Shown one piece after another: positions 51,820 through 63,981 of a DNA stretch of 64,000 nt (the stretch's first letter is position 1; every line of letters begins with the position of its first letter). The DNA comes from Ruditapes philippinarum (taxonomy: Eukaryota). A model generated the notes under the pieces. It had not been told where the DNA came from. It searched no databases and saw only the letters and a list, made by a program, of their open reading frames with translations. The stretch covers positions 186,001-250,000 of the forward strand of contig NW_026863152.1 of NCBI RefSeq assembly GCF_026571515.1, in the 5' to 3' direction. The position numbers and the translations under genes are program-made.

Positions 51820-53370
51820 TCATTTGTGTTTTGAACATATTCAGTTTTTAACCATTTCATGCAAAAGTGTTCAATTTTCACATTGTTTTAGATCATCATA
51901 TTTAAAAATTGGTCATTAATTTGTGAGTTAATCATGATTTTGTTTAAGGTATGTTATGGCAATTGGTGTTTATATGATATTACTGTCTTAAAAATGAAAA
52001 AGGTTTTTGTTTTATATTTGTCCATTCATTTTTAATTGTCCGTTTTTAAAATAGAACTTTCTATGTACAATTTTGTATAGTTAAGAATACATCTACATGT
52101 ATCTGTATTAGGACCAAAGAAGTTACAGTCAAGGCAATCTCAACACAGAAAAAGATTGATAATGAAAAAGTCCTGTTATGCAAAACAAAAACAAAAATGT
52201 CTCTATAAATTATTTTTCCATGCTACTAGTTTCTATTATAAAATTTGCTAACTATGTTTTCAATTGAAATACAATGATGATCTTTTATAGCTGTTGACCA
52301 ATTTTGAATAATTTTGCTTTTACCCCTATTGGTTCCAAACTTGTTACAGATGTTAAATTTTATCGTGTGAGGACGCCCTCTAGCTAGCTTTCAGAAAATG
52401 GGTGGCTCTACTAAGGTGCTGTTTGGTGCCTTAAATTATTCACATAGCAGAGATCTGAGATCTTCCTCCACCAGTAAAGCTTCACATTGAGACTTGGAAC
52501 CAGTCCAGAAATAAGTGAAGATTTGAAACAAAACACCTTATAGGTGGCATCTTTTTTTAATTGGAAGTCAATATTGCTATGTTATCTTAGTTTTCATAGG
52601 GATATAATCTAAAAGTTTCAAATGTAATATTTAGAAAATTTCAATGAAAAACAGTACCTATACATGTAAGATCCTGATGCTTATTATTAATTATAAGTAA
52701 AAATATAAAGTAACTTTGTTTTTATTTTTTCCATTTTTATTTTTTGACAAAAGGAAACTCGTGTTACTACTTTTGTTCAATTAAACCTGCTAAAATGAAT
52801 TTGCCCTGCTCTGAATATTGGAACAGTCCATCTGCAGTCTAAGGGTTTTTCAATATAAAAAAACCCATAAAATTGGAGGTTCCAACAGTAAAGGCTGGCC
52901 TGGCTCTATACATTGTACGTGCACTAGCTTGTGGCAAAGCTAATTTCTTCTGTTCAAGTAGGTTATACAGGTTAAAATACTTGAATTTGTAACAATAAAT
53001 GTGATTTGACGAATCACCTCAATGAAGATTATTATGTATTTTCACCTTTAAGGCTAGTGCTAATAAAACTAATAAAAGACAACCACAACTTTTTACCTCA
53101 CTGACCTTAAATGTCTCTTACGATAGAGGTATACACACTGTATTTAGAATTTTGTCAATGAAAAAAAAAGAGCGATTACTGATCACAGCTACTGTGTAGG
53201 AGACACAAAAATTATTATCAGGGCAAACCATGTTTTTCATTGAAGGGCCATAACTCAGTCCAAAATCATTCAACCAGAAAACCCTTTTTAAATGCTACAG
53301 ATCAATCCTGTCAAGTTTTATTGAAATTGCATTAGTGGTAAAAGAGGGTAGTCCAGACAAACTTTAAAAA

Positions 53371-54008
53371 TAACAAGACCTGTTGGAGAACAGCGACGGT
53401 CGACTATTCGAAAAAGTTGTCACCAAGTATAAATAATGCTTACCTATATGAATACATAAAATTGTCCGAAAGGTACAAAGGCTTGTTATTAAGATGTTTT
53501 ATTGAGTAAATCACTGCTTTATTATTATGAATGCATAAAATTTTCCCAAAAAAAGGCACAAACCCTTCAGTAGTTATTGTGATACCAGCCTTACACGCAA
53601 AAACTTTACCAAGAATTTGTAAGCTGAAAAAAGGGGCATAATTATGCAAAAAAAACAAATCAGAGTTATGGGACTTGTGCCAATCATGTAAGATAATCAC
53701 AGAGAACAAGTGTGTGAAGTTTCAATCCATTCCCTTCAGAAGTTATGGAGATACTTGCGTACACACAAAAACTTAACCAAGAATTTCTAAATCGAAAAAG
53801 GCGCATAATTATGCAAAAAAGCAAATCAGAGCTATGGGACTTGTGCCAATCATGTTAGATAATCACAGAGAACAAGTGTGTGAAGTTTCAATTCATTCCC
53901 TTCTGTAGTTAAGGAGATACTTGCTTACATGCAAAAACTCAACCACAGGGACGCCGACAAATGAGTGACTGCATTAGCTCAATTATTCTGCAAATACTTG
54001 AGCTAAAA
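53371..54008 (-). mobile_element. Degenerate HINE/pearl-like element with two ~170-bp repeats, nested in an older related element
   Basis: AACAAG.. and ..GAGCTAAAA termini; duplicated GGCATAATTATGCAAAAAA..CAAATCAGAG.TATGGGACTTGTGCCAATCATG block; AAGGGCC.CAACT-like units on both flanks. Confidence 0.65.
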
Positions 54009-55244
54009 ATCATTAAAGGGCCGCAACTGTAAACAAAATTCACTGAACCGGAAAATGACAATTGCGGCACAAAAAACAGACAATTTCTTATTGGAGATCT
54101 TTTACACCTGTGAATTTGTAATTTCCTTTATCCCGCATTGACAAACTGAATTAACCAACTAATATAGACATGACAATTTAAAACAGGAATTTGTAAAGTA
54201 CAAGTCAATGTTTTATAAATAACTTTTAATGATGAAGTTTAAGGTACAAATAATTGCACAACATGTTAATTGTTATTAAATAACTTTGTAAAACATGAAT
54301 TATTCACATGATTATTCTAACACATGATTATTCTTATATAACACATAATTATTCAAGTATAGCACTATGAAAGAAAACAGGAGGAAAAAAAAAAACTTTC
54401 CAAAACAAAAAGTCAATGAAGGCTCCGCTCTTACTGACTTGAGAAAAGACTATAACTAAATAAATTACATTTCATGTTTTAAGCCAACTGCCAGCGAAAC
54501 TCTGTGCCAAAATACCCCTAAGATTTTAACTCAACAACAAGATGCTAGTAACATAGTTTTTGACCCCATAATGACCCGATATTCAACTTAAATCTAAAAA
54601 TCTATAAAGAGTAAACATTCTGAGGTTGTGATAGTTACAATCCAAAAACAGATTGTGTCTGAAATGAGCATTATTTATACCTCCAGATGAGCAAAACTAT
54701 TTCAATAAATCAAACTTGTGAAAAATGTACTAAGATTTTAGGCAAAGGAGAAAGATTCAATATTCAAGTAATAATTTACATGTTATTAGCAATCAATGGC
54801 AAATTTTTCATTATGTATAACTATATTTCTACTGTGTTACTAACGCATATTTTTGTAATAACATGGGTTATAAGTGCCATTTATGATGTGTAAATTGCTT
54901 CCTTTTGTTACTAAACAATATTATACATTTAATTTCAATATCAAAATTTTCATGAAAATATGCATAAATCTGGGGGCGTGTTGCTTTAAAATTTAACCTA
55001 CTAACCTATAACTTGACACTTTATGTATAGGTTAGTGTTTGTTAGTCAGTATTTACAAAATTAAATTGATCTTGAACGGCCCAGCCAACCAATTTAGTGT
55101 TTGGAATTATTTTTATCAATAGTCTATTACATGTAACTACACTGATTAACAATTTGCCTTTTTACCAAAGTAAATGTGTTGCCATTCAATTAAAATACTG
55201 CAGTCCTATTTGACAAAATATAATTTCAAATGCTAATCAAGACA

Positions 55245-56840
55245 AACTAGAACTGCCACTATCATGGCGTGAATACCCCCGCATACCACTTTGTCAGAAT
55301 CAACAGTGGCCATTTAGAGCTCAAGGACAACCTCCCTGCCAAATCTGAGGTTACTAAGCCAGTGCATTTTATAAGTTATGTATTCTACATGCTTCAAATG
55401 TGAAAATGTCAAAATCAATACATTGCAGACAGAACATTCTTTAGCAATTGAGAAGAAAAGCTTTTTTTTGTCAAGGTCCCTGTGACCTTGACCTTTGACC
55501 CAGTGACCTGAAAAATCAATAGGGGTCACCTTATAGTCATGATCAACATCCATGCCAAATATGAAGACTGTGGGTCAAAGGAATCTTAAGTGAATGGGTG
55601 GACAAACTTTTTGAAGTCAAAGTCCCTATGACCTTGACCTTTGATCCAGTGACCTCAAAATCACTAGGGGTTATCTACTAATCATGACTAACCTCCATTC
55701 CAAATATGAAGACTGTGGGTCAAAGGAATCTTAAGTTATTGGGCGGACAAGCTTTTTGAAGTCAATGCCCCTGTGACCTTGATCTTTGACCTGGTGACCT
55801 CAAAATCAATAGGGGTCATCTACTAATCATGACTAACCTCCATGCCAAATATGAAGACTGAGGGTCAAAGGAATCTTAAGTTATAGGGCGACAAGCTTTT
55901 TGAAGTCAAGGCCCCTGTGACTTTGACCTGGTGACCTCAAAGTCAATAGGGGTCATCTACTAATCATGACTAACCTCCATGCCAAATATGAAGACTGCGG
56001 GTCAAAGGAATCTTAAGTTATTGGGCGGACAAGCTTTTTGAAGTCATAGCCCCTATGACCTTGACCTTTGACCTGTTGACCTCAAAGTCAATAGTTGTCA
56101 TCTACTTATAATGACTAGCCTCCATGCCAAATATGAAGACTGTGGGTCAAAGGAATCTTAAGTTATTGGGCGGACAAGCTTTTTGAAGTCAAGGCCCCTG
56201 TGACCTTGACCTTTGACCTGGTGACCTCAAAGTCAAAAGGGGTCATCTACTAATCATGACTAACCTCAATGCCAAATATGAAGACTATAGGTCAAAGAAA
56301 ACTTAAGTTATTGGGCGGAAAAGTTTTTTGAAGTCAAGGCCCCTGTGACCTTGACCTTTGACCTGGTGACCTCAAAATCAATAGGGGTCATCTACTAATC
56401 ATGACTTACCTCCATGCCAAATATGAAGACTGTGGGTCAAAGGAATCTTAAGTTATTGGGCGGACAAGCTTTTTGAAGTCAAGGCCCCTGTGACCTTGAC
56501 CTTTGACCTGGTGACCTCAAAATCAATAGGGGTCATCTACTAATCATGACTAACCTCCATGCCAAATATGACGACTGTAGGTCAAAGGAATCTTAAGTTA
56601 TTGGGCGGACAAGCTTTTTGAAGTCAAGGCCCCTGTGACCTTGACCTTTGACCTAGTGACCTCAAAATCAATAGGGGTCATCTACTAATCATGACTAACC
56701 TCCATGCCAAATATGAAGACTAAGGGTCAAAGGAATCTTAAGTTATTGGGCGGACAAGAAAAAACCGACGGACAGCCGGACGGACGGACAAGCTGATTCC
56801 AGTATACCCCCCTTACAACTTTGTTGTGCGGGGGTATAAT
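55245..56840 (-). mobile_element. HINE/pearl-like element, second family, with 9 internal 145-bp repeats
   Basis: subTIRs ATACCCCCGC/GCGGGGGTAT, 5' hairpin, (GTCC)n, 3' palindrome GCCA..TGGC followed by CTAGTT; unit anchors at 55483, 55629, 55774, 55918, 56056, 56201, 56346, 56491, 56636. Confidence 0.9.
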
Positions 56841-57537
56841 AAATACATTTGTTAAGAATATCTAAATAATAAGTTAAACTCTGTAAATCAAAACTCTGTT
56901 AATCAAATCAACACAATACACAATTAATTATGATTCAAAAACATTTGTATTGTATACATGTTTTGTTAAATTATCTCAAAAGTTTTATACGGACAAGCAA
57001 TTTCTTTTGCATTGTAAATTTCTGAAATGCAGTAATTTTCACACACAAAAAACCCCCATAAAATTCTAAATAGCTAAGAAAAAATAACATTTAACTCTAA
57101 ATAGCTAAGAAAAAATAATATTTAACTCTAAATGGCTAAGAAAAAATAACATTAATAGAAAGAACATCATATCAAAAATCACAAAAATAAATGATAAATT
57201 TATCCTTAGCACTTGATACAAGCATCTTAACATTTGTTTGCTATGGAGTATTGGCTGCAAAATCTGAACCAATTCTACCAGTGCTGACCACGATCAACAA
57301 GCATCTCTAATCATGGTCATGCACTGTTTGCTATAGAGTATTGGCTGCAAAATTTGTACCAATGCTGCCAGTGCGGACCATGATCAACCAGCATCTCTAA
57401 TCATGGTTTGCACTGTTTGATATTCAGTGACTTAGTAAGTACCTGTTTTGAGATTTTTCCTAGAAATGATAAATGATTTTGTTTAAATTGAAAAATGTAG
57501 ATCTACAAGTCATTTTAAGATATGTAGCTGGATGAAA

Positions 57538-57908
57538 GTTAAATATGCTTATAATGAAATACAAACCAATACAAATGATCCCTAAAAAAAACAAAACACA
57601 ATTGCAAGTCTAGTCATATACACCTATTTTTAGCACACATGTTGATTCAATTCCGCTTATACAAAATTAAACAAATGAATTTAATATCATTCTCTATGAT
57701 CACATTACTCAGTTCCCATAATGACGAACGTTAAATATGCATATAATGAAATACAAAAAAAAATACAAAATTTAATGCTCCCTAAAAAAACACAGATTCA
57801 AGTCTTGTAATATTCACTCATATTTAGCACAAATGTTGATTCAACTCTGCTTTTACAAAGTTACACAACTAAATAATATCCTTCTCTATGTTCACATCAC
57901 TCAGTTCC
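57538..57908. repeat. Diverged ~190-bp tandem duplication just downstream of the FUNDC stop codon
   Basis: GTTAAATATGC...CTCAGTTCC at 57538-57716 and 57730-57908. Confidence 0.85.
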
Positions 57909-57988
57909 TGCAAGAAGTCATAAATAATCATCACCCCACCCACTTGTGTGAAAGAATGTACATTGTTTGTGTTGAATGTTTTGAGTAA

Positions 57989-60900
57989 TCAAAATGCTAA
58001 ACCAATGAAAAATCCACCAACAAAACTTCCAGCCAAAAACATGTTCTCTTGTGCAAATCTTCGTAACTGAAAGGAAAACAAAAGAAAATATTAAAATATG
58101 CTAAGTCAAGACCCACGTAACTATACTGAAAAGGAAAAATTCTGATTGGATAAATATTTTGGCAATGGTCTTCATATAACTACCGGTACATAATATTCAG
58201 TTTAATTTGATTTATTACACAATATTTGACAGGTACTTGAAACAAACTATTTTAAATGTTCTATATTGGCCTTATACTAAAATAAGCCTTAATGTATAGT
58301 ATATAGCCCATAAAGAACATTAAAAATAGTTTGTTTCATGTACCTGTGAAATATTGTGTCAACAAAATTAAAATAGTTTAAGCTTAATAGCCTGCTGGCA
58401 GGAACAGATTCTACCCATGTCATCTGATCACTATCTGCAGTGCACTGTTTACAATTTGCTAATGTATATTTTGAAAATTTTCCCCAACAATGATGAACAA
58501 GTTTTGACCAGCTTCAAAGATAGCTGTGCAAGTACTAGTATATCTTGACCAGCACTGGTCACAAGGGAAGAATAAGTTGCCACCAGGTGGCAATGGGGCT
58601 AAGTAGCATCAACACTGTAAGGTCATATTGCAACTTTTCAGCTTTACTGACTAAGGAAGACCACAGGTGACATTTTCTGTATAATTTCAAACTAGCCTTT
58701 CCGGACATGAGTTTTGCTTTTATCAGATTGATTTGTATATCACTTTAATAAAACTCAAACATCCTTATTTAACATCTTAGTTTTAATTGATTGTAAAAAG
58801 CTCTGCCATAATGATATAGCAAATAAATAAAACAATAATTCCATACTCAAAATCGATACACTCAGGTTATCCATTTCTATGAGGCAACAGTTGTGCTTAC
58901 TAAAACAACCAATTTTGGCGAGGATCAAGGAGGAGGCTGAAAATACAACCAATTTAAACAGATGACATAAATCGCCAATCTGCTAATGATAACCTTGCTT
59001 ACTTACGTTATCGACTAGCTGAGGAAACTGTCTGTTCGCTTCACGCTGTACTTTACGTTTGGCCTGTGTCACTTCCTTATTGACTTTGGACCAATTTATC
59101 TGTATGTAACCTTGATGTTGAGCTATCTGAAATTTATATTTGAGACGTTTGAATAATTCTGTCTGGTGCTTGTCTTAAGCAACACGTGAGCAGATGGAGT
59201 AAAATAATTCTTCAAAAATATTACATTAAAGGCACATTAAGCCTTAGAAATTAATTAAATTTCTTTCTGTAGAATGGGCAAACACATGTTTCAATTTTTA
59301 GGGCCCAAAACAAAAAGGATTTTTACGTTTCAATAAATTATCGATAATTAAATATATTTCAATATAAGTTATTTCTAAGTTTATTAAAATAACATACGGT
59401 ATTCGGACTAAAACAGTTCTGGACATGAAATAAAAGACAAAAAGTTTGATCCCACCAAACTTCATATTAAACGAATAAGTTAATAAATATGGAAAACAAA
59501 TATTCAAACATCAGAATCCACAATTTTTACTCAAGTAAAGCGAATGGTTGTAAGTTTCAAAGCATTAACTAAAAGGGTCGTTAATAAGTGTAAGTGACAA
59601 CATTTTTGGTTTATCTCGGCGGTCGATCCACCTTACTTGCTTTCCTGGATATCTAACCAGTAATTGCCAATTTCTCAGCATGTGACCTTCTATTAACGCG
59701 ATATAATTTCTGGTTGAATGTGGAAAGACCATTAGACTCTATGTCAGAGGTCAACTGTCACAATTTATGCCTCGTCTAAGGATCAAAGCAGCAACCGTTA
59801 GATAACCAAACCGATGCTCTTTATTGAACTGAGCAGGCAAACATTATTAGCTCTATCTTATTGTTAAAACCATTAATGTGGTTTTTGTAGTGATTTGAAT
59901 GAGGTGCTAGCAGATTTTCTGATGAGAAAAAAGCTATAGAAAACAAAGACAAGAGGGCCATGATGGCCCTGAGGTCGCTCACCTGTATATAGCCCCCCCC
60001 CCCCCCGGGCCAATTTTACCCAAGGGCTTTTATTTGTTTATTTGAACAGACTTGGTAGACACCCATAAGAAGATGTTTCATGCTAAACATCTAAGTTCTA
60101 GCTCATTGGGTTTTTTAAAAGAAGATTTTTTAAGTTTTTACTATACACATATAGTTAAAAACAATGACACCCCTGGGGCAGGGCCAGTTTTGACCCCCGG
60201 GCTTTTATTTGAACAAACTTTGTAGATATTTACTTAAAGATGTTTCATGCTTAATATCTAAACTCTAGCTATTTGGGTTTTTTCAAAGAAGATTTTTAAG
60301 TTTTTGCTATACACATATAAGGAAAATCAATGACCCCCGGGGCGGGGCCAGTTTTGACCCCAGGGCTTTTATTTGAACATACTTGGTAGACACCCATTAG
60401 AACATGTTTCATGCTAAATATCTTAGCTCTAGCTCTTTGGGTTCTTTAAAAGAAGATTTTTTAAGTTTTTACTATATGCATATAGGGAAAATCAATGACC
60501 CCCTGGGGCGGGGCCAATTTTGACCCCAGGGCTTTTATTTGAACAAACTTGGTAGACATTCACTAGAAGATGTTTCATGCCAAATATCTTAGCTCTAGCT
60601 CTTACGGTTCTTTAAAAGAAGATTTTTTTAAGTTTTTACTATATGCATATAGGAAAAATAAATGACCCCCCGGGGCGGGGCCAATTTTGACCCCAGGGCT
60701 TTTATTTGAACAAACTTGGTAGACACTCACTAAAAGATGTTTCATGCCAAATATCTTAGCTCTAGCTCTTTGGGTTCTTTAAAAAAAGATTTTTTTAGTT
60801 TTTACTATATGCATATAGGGAAAATTTTTGACCCCCTGGGGCAGGGCCAATTTTGACCTCAGGGCTTTTATTTGAACAAACTTGTTAAACACTCATTAGA

Positions 60901-63900
60901 AGATGTTTCATGCTAAATATCTTAGCTCTAGCTCTTTGGGTTCTTTAAAAGAAGATTTTTTAAGTTTTTACTATATGCATATAGGGAAAATCAATGACAC
61001 CCTGGGGCGGGGCCAATTTTGACCCCAGGGCTTTTATTTGAACAAACTTTGTAGACATTCACTAGAAGATGTTTCATGCCAAATATCTAAGCTCTAGCTC
61101 TTACAGTTCTTTAAAAGAAGATTTTTTAAGTTTTTACTATATGCATAAAGGGAAAATCAATGACCCCCGGGGCGGGGCCAATTTTAACCCCAGGGCTTTT
61201 ATTTGAACAAACTTGGTAGACACTCACTAGAAGATGTTTCATGCCAAATATCTTAGCTCTAGCTCTTTGGGTTCTTTAAAAGAAGATTTTTTAAGTTTTT
61301 ACTATATGCATATAGGGAAAATCTATGACCCCCTGGGGCAGGGCCAATTTTGACCCCAGGGCTTTTATTTGAACAAACTTGGTAGACACTCACTAGAAGA
61401 TGTTTCATGCCAAATATCTTAGCTCTAGCTCTTTGGGTTCTTTAAAAGAAGATTTTTTAAGTTTTTACTATATGCATATAGGGAAAATCAATGACCCCCT
61501 GGGGCGGGGCCAATTTTGACCCCAGGGCTTTTATTTGAACAAACTTGGTAGACACTCATTAGAAGATGTTTCATGCCAAATATCTAAGCTCTAGCTCTTA
61601 GGGTTGTTTAAAAGAAGATATTTAAAGATTTTTCTTTCGGTTGCCATGGCAACCAGAGTTCTGCATGGAATTAAATTCTTTGAACAATTTTTAAAGGTGA
61701 CCACCAAAGGAACATTCCTGTGAAGTTTGGATGAAATTGGCTCAGTGGTTTATGAGGAGATGTCACTTAAAGCAAAAGTTTACGGACGGACGCCGGACGA
61801 AAAGCGATCACAAAAGCTCACCCTGTCACTTTGTGACAGGTGAGCTAAAAAACTAGGAAATTTTAAAGCAGCCTTCAGCTTTTTAAAGGTTATTTATGTT
61901 ATTTTTAGATAAATTGTTTCATATAATTGTCAAATCAAAAGAAGAAAGGTGGTCTAATCTACTGGTCAACCCTCTATATTTAAATTAATAAAGCAGACTA
62001 TTTGAGCCGTGTCACGACAAAACTAACATAATGGGTTTGCGACCAGCATGGATCCAGACTAGCCTGCGCATCCGCGCAGTCTGATCAGGATCCATGCTGT
62101 TCGCTATCAGTTTCTCTACTTGCTATAGCGTTTGTAAGCGAACAGCATGGATCCTGATCAGACTGCGCAGATGCGCAGGCTGGTCTGGATCCATGCTGGT
62201 TGCAAACCCATTATGTTGGTTTTGTCATGACGCGGCTCATTTGTTCTATTTTTAGCAACAAACATCACTGTCGTGTTATAAATAGCTCACTTGGATGCTG
62301 TTTTGAGGAAGGCTAACACATAATTGTTTTTCAAACTGAAGGCGGCTTTAAGAATACAGTTGTGGTCCAACAAGCAGAAAGCTATAAATTAATAATGTAG
62401 TAAACTAAGAAAAAAACGTTAAAAGTTTAATAGTTAAGAACTAAATAAAATTCTGTATAAACCAATTGTTCTAACAGTGGGTGGTACTATCACCCCACAA
62501 CCATCTTATAGTGGTTGTTAATATAACCCTTCACTAATCTTTAAGACTGTCTATCCTACAACTGTCTTACAATGGCTAGTAATATAACCCTATAACCATC
62601 TTACAAAGAGGGGTTATATAACCCTACAACCGTCTTAACAGCTAATGGCAATATAATCCTACAACCATCTTACAATGGGTGACAATATAACCCTACAGCC
62701 ATTTTACAGTGGCTGGTAATAATAAATATAACCCTTTAACTGTATATCATTGACTGGTAATATAACCGTATAACTGTATTTCAGTTAATTGTATAATAAC
62801 CCTATAAAAAGTTGGTGAATATAACCTCAGTGTTCGAAATTAGCAGTAGTCCCATAGCCCGACTTCTAAATTTCTCCTCGGGCTACCAACTTTTCACAGT
62901 AACAAGCCCGACCAGGCTACTGTATTTTCAGAGACAATATGAACAACTGTTTTGAACAAATGAATCGTGCTAGTGAAATGTCTTTTGGGCTAGTGAATAT
63001 TCCAATCTGATAGTACGACCAGCCTAGTGGATTCAAATCCGAATTTCTTACACTGTAACCTTACAAACATCATACAAAGAGTGTAATTATATAATCCTAA
63101 AACCATCTAACAGTGACTGGTAAAATAATCCTACAGTCATTTTACACTGGCTTGTAATATAAAACCACACAGTTATTATACATTGGCTGTTTATATACAT
63201 TGTAACCCATACAACAGCAGAAATTGGAACACACTCCTTGAAGTTAGTAACAGATTTACGTAACATGTAACTTGCAAATTGAAACAGAACAAGAACAACA
63301 AGTACCTGTATAAGAAGCACTGTCGTGCCTAAACTGCAGGCAGCTATTTTGCCAACTTTAATAAACAAATAGCCTGAGAACCTGTAAAATAAGTTTGGAA
63401 GGTTATAAAGCTTGGTCATAAAAACATTTGTTAGAGCCATTAAAAGCAGCTTGGCCACATTTTCTCACTTTAAAGTTATTCACAGTGAAAGGCAGTTTTA
63501 TAATTATGTAAAAAAATAAAATAACAACCAATTTCTGGGTCTTGGGTTGTTATTTACCATTATTATCCCTAAAACTGACACAATGTTCTGTAAAAAGTAC
63601 TGTATTTTATGGAAAATTGCATATAAAACATCTTACAAAAATATTACACGGACAAACAGGGCAGTCCCACTATCATTTGAATCAATGGTATGCTAAATTT
63701 CATTATAAATTCCACAATCATGCCTGTTTTAGCAAGCATATTGTTATTCAGTTATTCATACAGTTAATCTTCGAAATGCAATACATTGTATATATATTCT
63801 GATTTGTATGTCATTACTTGAATGCAAAACACTGTGAAACACTTTAAGGGTGGGTGAAATGTGGCCAAGCTTCGAGTATGGGACATGACTGTGATAATGT

Positions 63901-63981
63901 ATTACCCTAATTAGTAGAAGTGAAGCTCCAATACTGATGGCAACTGATTTACCAACCTTCACAAACAGATAGCCAGATGCA
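57989..63981 (-). CDS. FUNDC1: FUN14 domain-containing protein (FUNDC1/2), 3' part; alternative exons 63981-63906 or 63381-63306, then 59126-59007 and 58066-57989; 5' exons lie beyond the window
   Basis: GYLFxKVGK..LLIQ, IAQHQGYIQINWSKVNKEVTQAKRKV, RFAQENMFLAGSFVGGFFIGLAF* match FUNDC1 [48 protein letters not shown]; GT-AG sites; phases consistent. Confidence 0.93.
58204..58369. repeat. ~165-bp imperfect inverted repeat in the last FUNDC intron
   Basis: ACACAATATTTGACAGGTACTTGAAACAAACTATTTT vs AAAATAGTTTGTTTCATGTACCTGTGAAATATTGTGT. Confidence 0.85.
59949..61848 (-). mobile_element. Second copy of the 166-bp-repeat HINE element (~10 units), intronic in FUNDC
   Basis: Same termini, microsatellite and unit as 23129-24720. 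Confidence 0.9.
62003..62239. mobile_element. Foldback MITE, same family as 19542-19765
   Basis: TGAGCCGTGTCACGACAAAA...TTTTGTCATGACGCGGCTCA. Confidence 0.9.
62828..63055. mobile_element. hAT-like MITE (CAGTGT..GAAATT TIRs) inserted in a degenerate ~35-40-bp tandem array (62480-63140)
   Basis: CAGTGTTCGAAATT / AATTTCTTACACTG; TAACCT on both flanks (partial TSD). Confidence 0.65.
63306..63381 (-). CDS. FUNDC1: FUNDC alternative exon B (76 nt): FSGYLFIKVGKIAACSLGTTVLLIQ
   Basis: TTTTACAG acceptor, CAG|GTACTT donor, phase 2 to phase 0. Confidence 0.9.
63448..63871 (-). other. Intronic long-range stem (arms 63830-63871 and 63448-63487) between the duplicated FUNDC exons
   Basis: AGCTTGGCCACATTT (15/15), TTAAAGT and TTCACAGTG blocks are mutually complementary. 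Confidence 0.8.
63906..63981 (-). CDS. FUNDC1: FUNDC alternative exon A (76 nt): ASGYLFVKVGKSVAISIGASLLLIR
   Basis: AATTCCAG acceptor, AGG|GTAATA donor, same length and phases as exon B. Confidence 0.82.
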
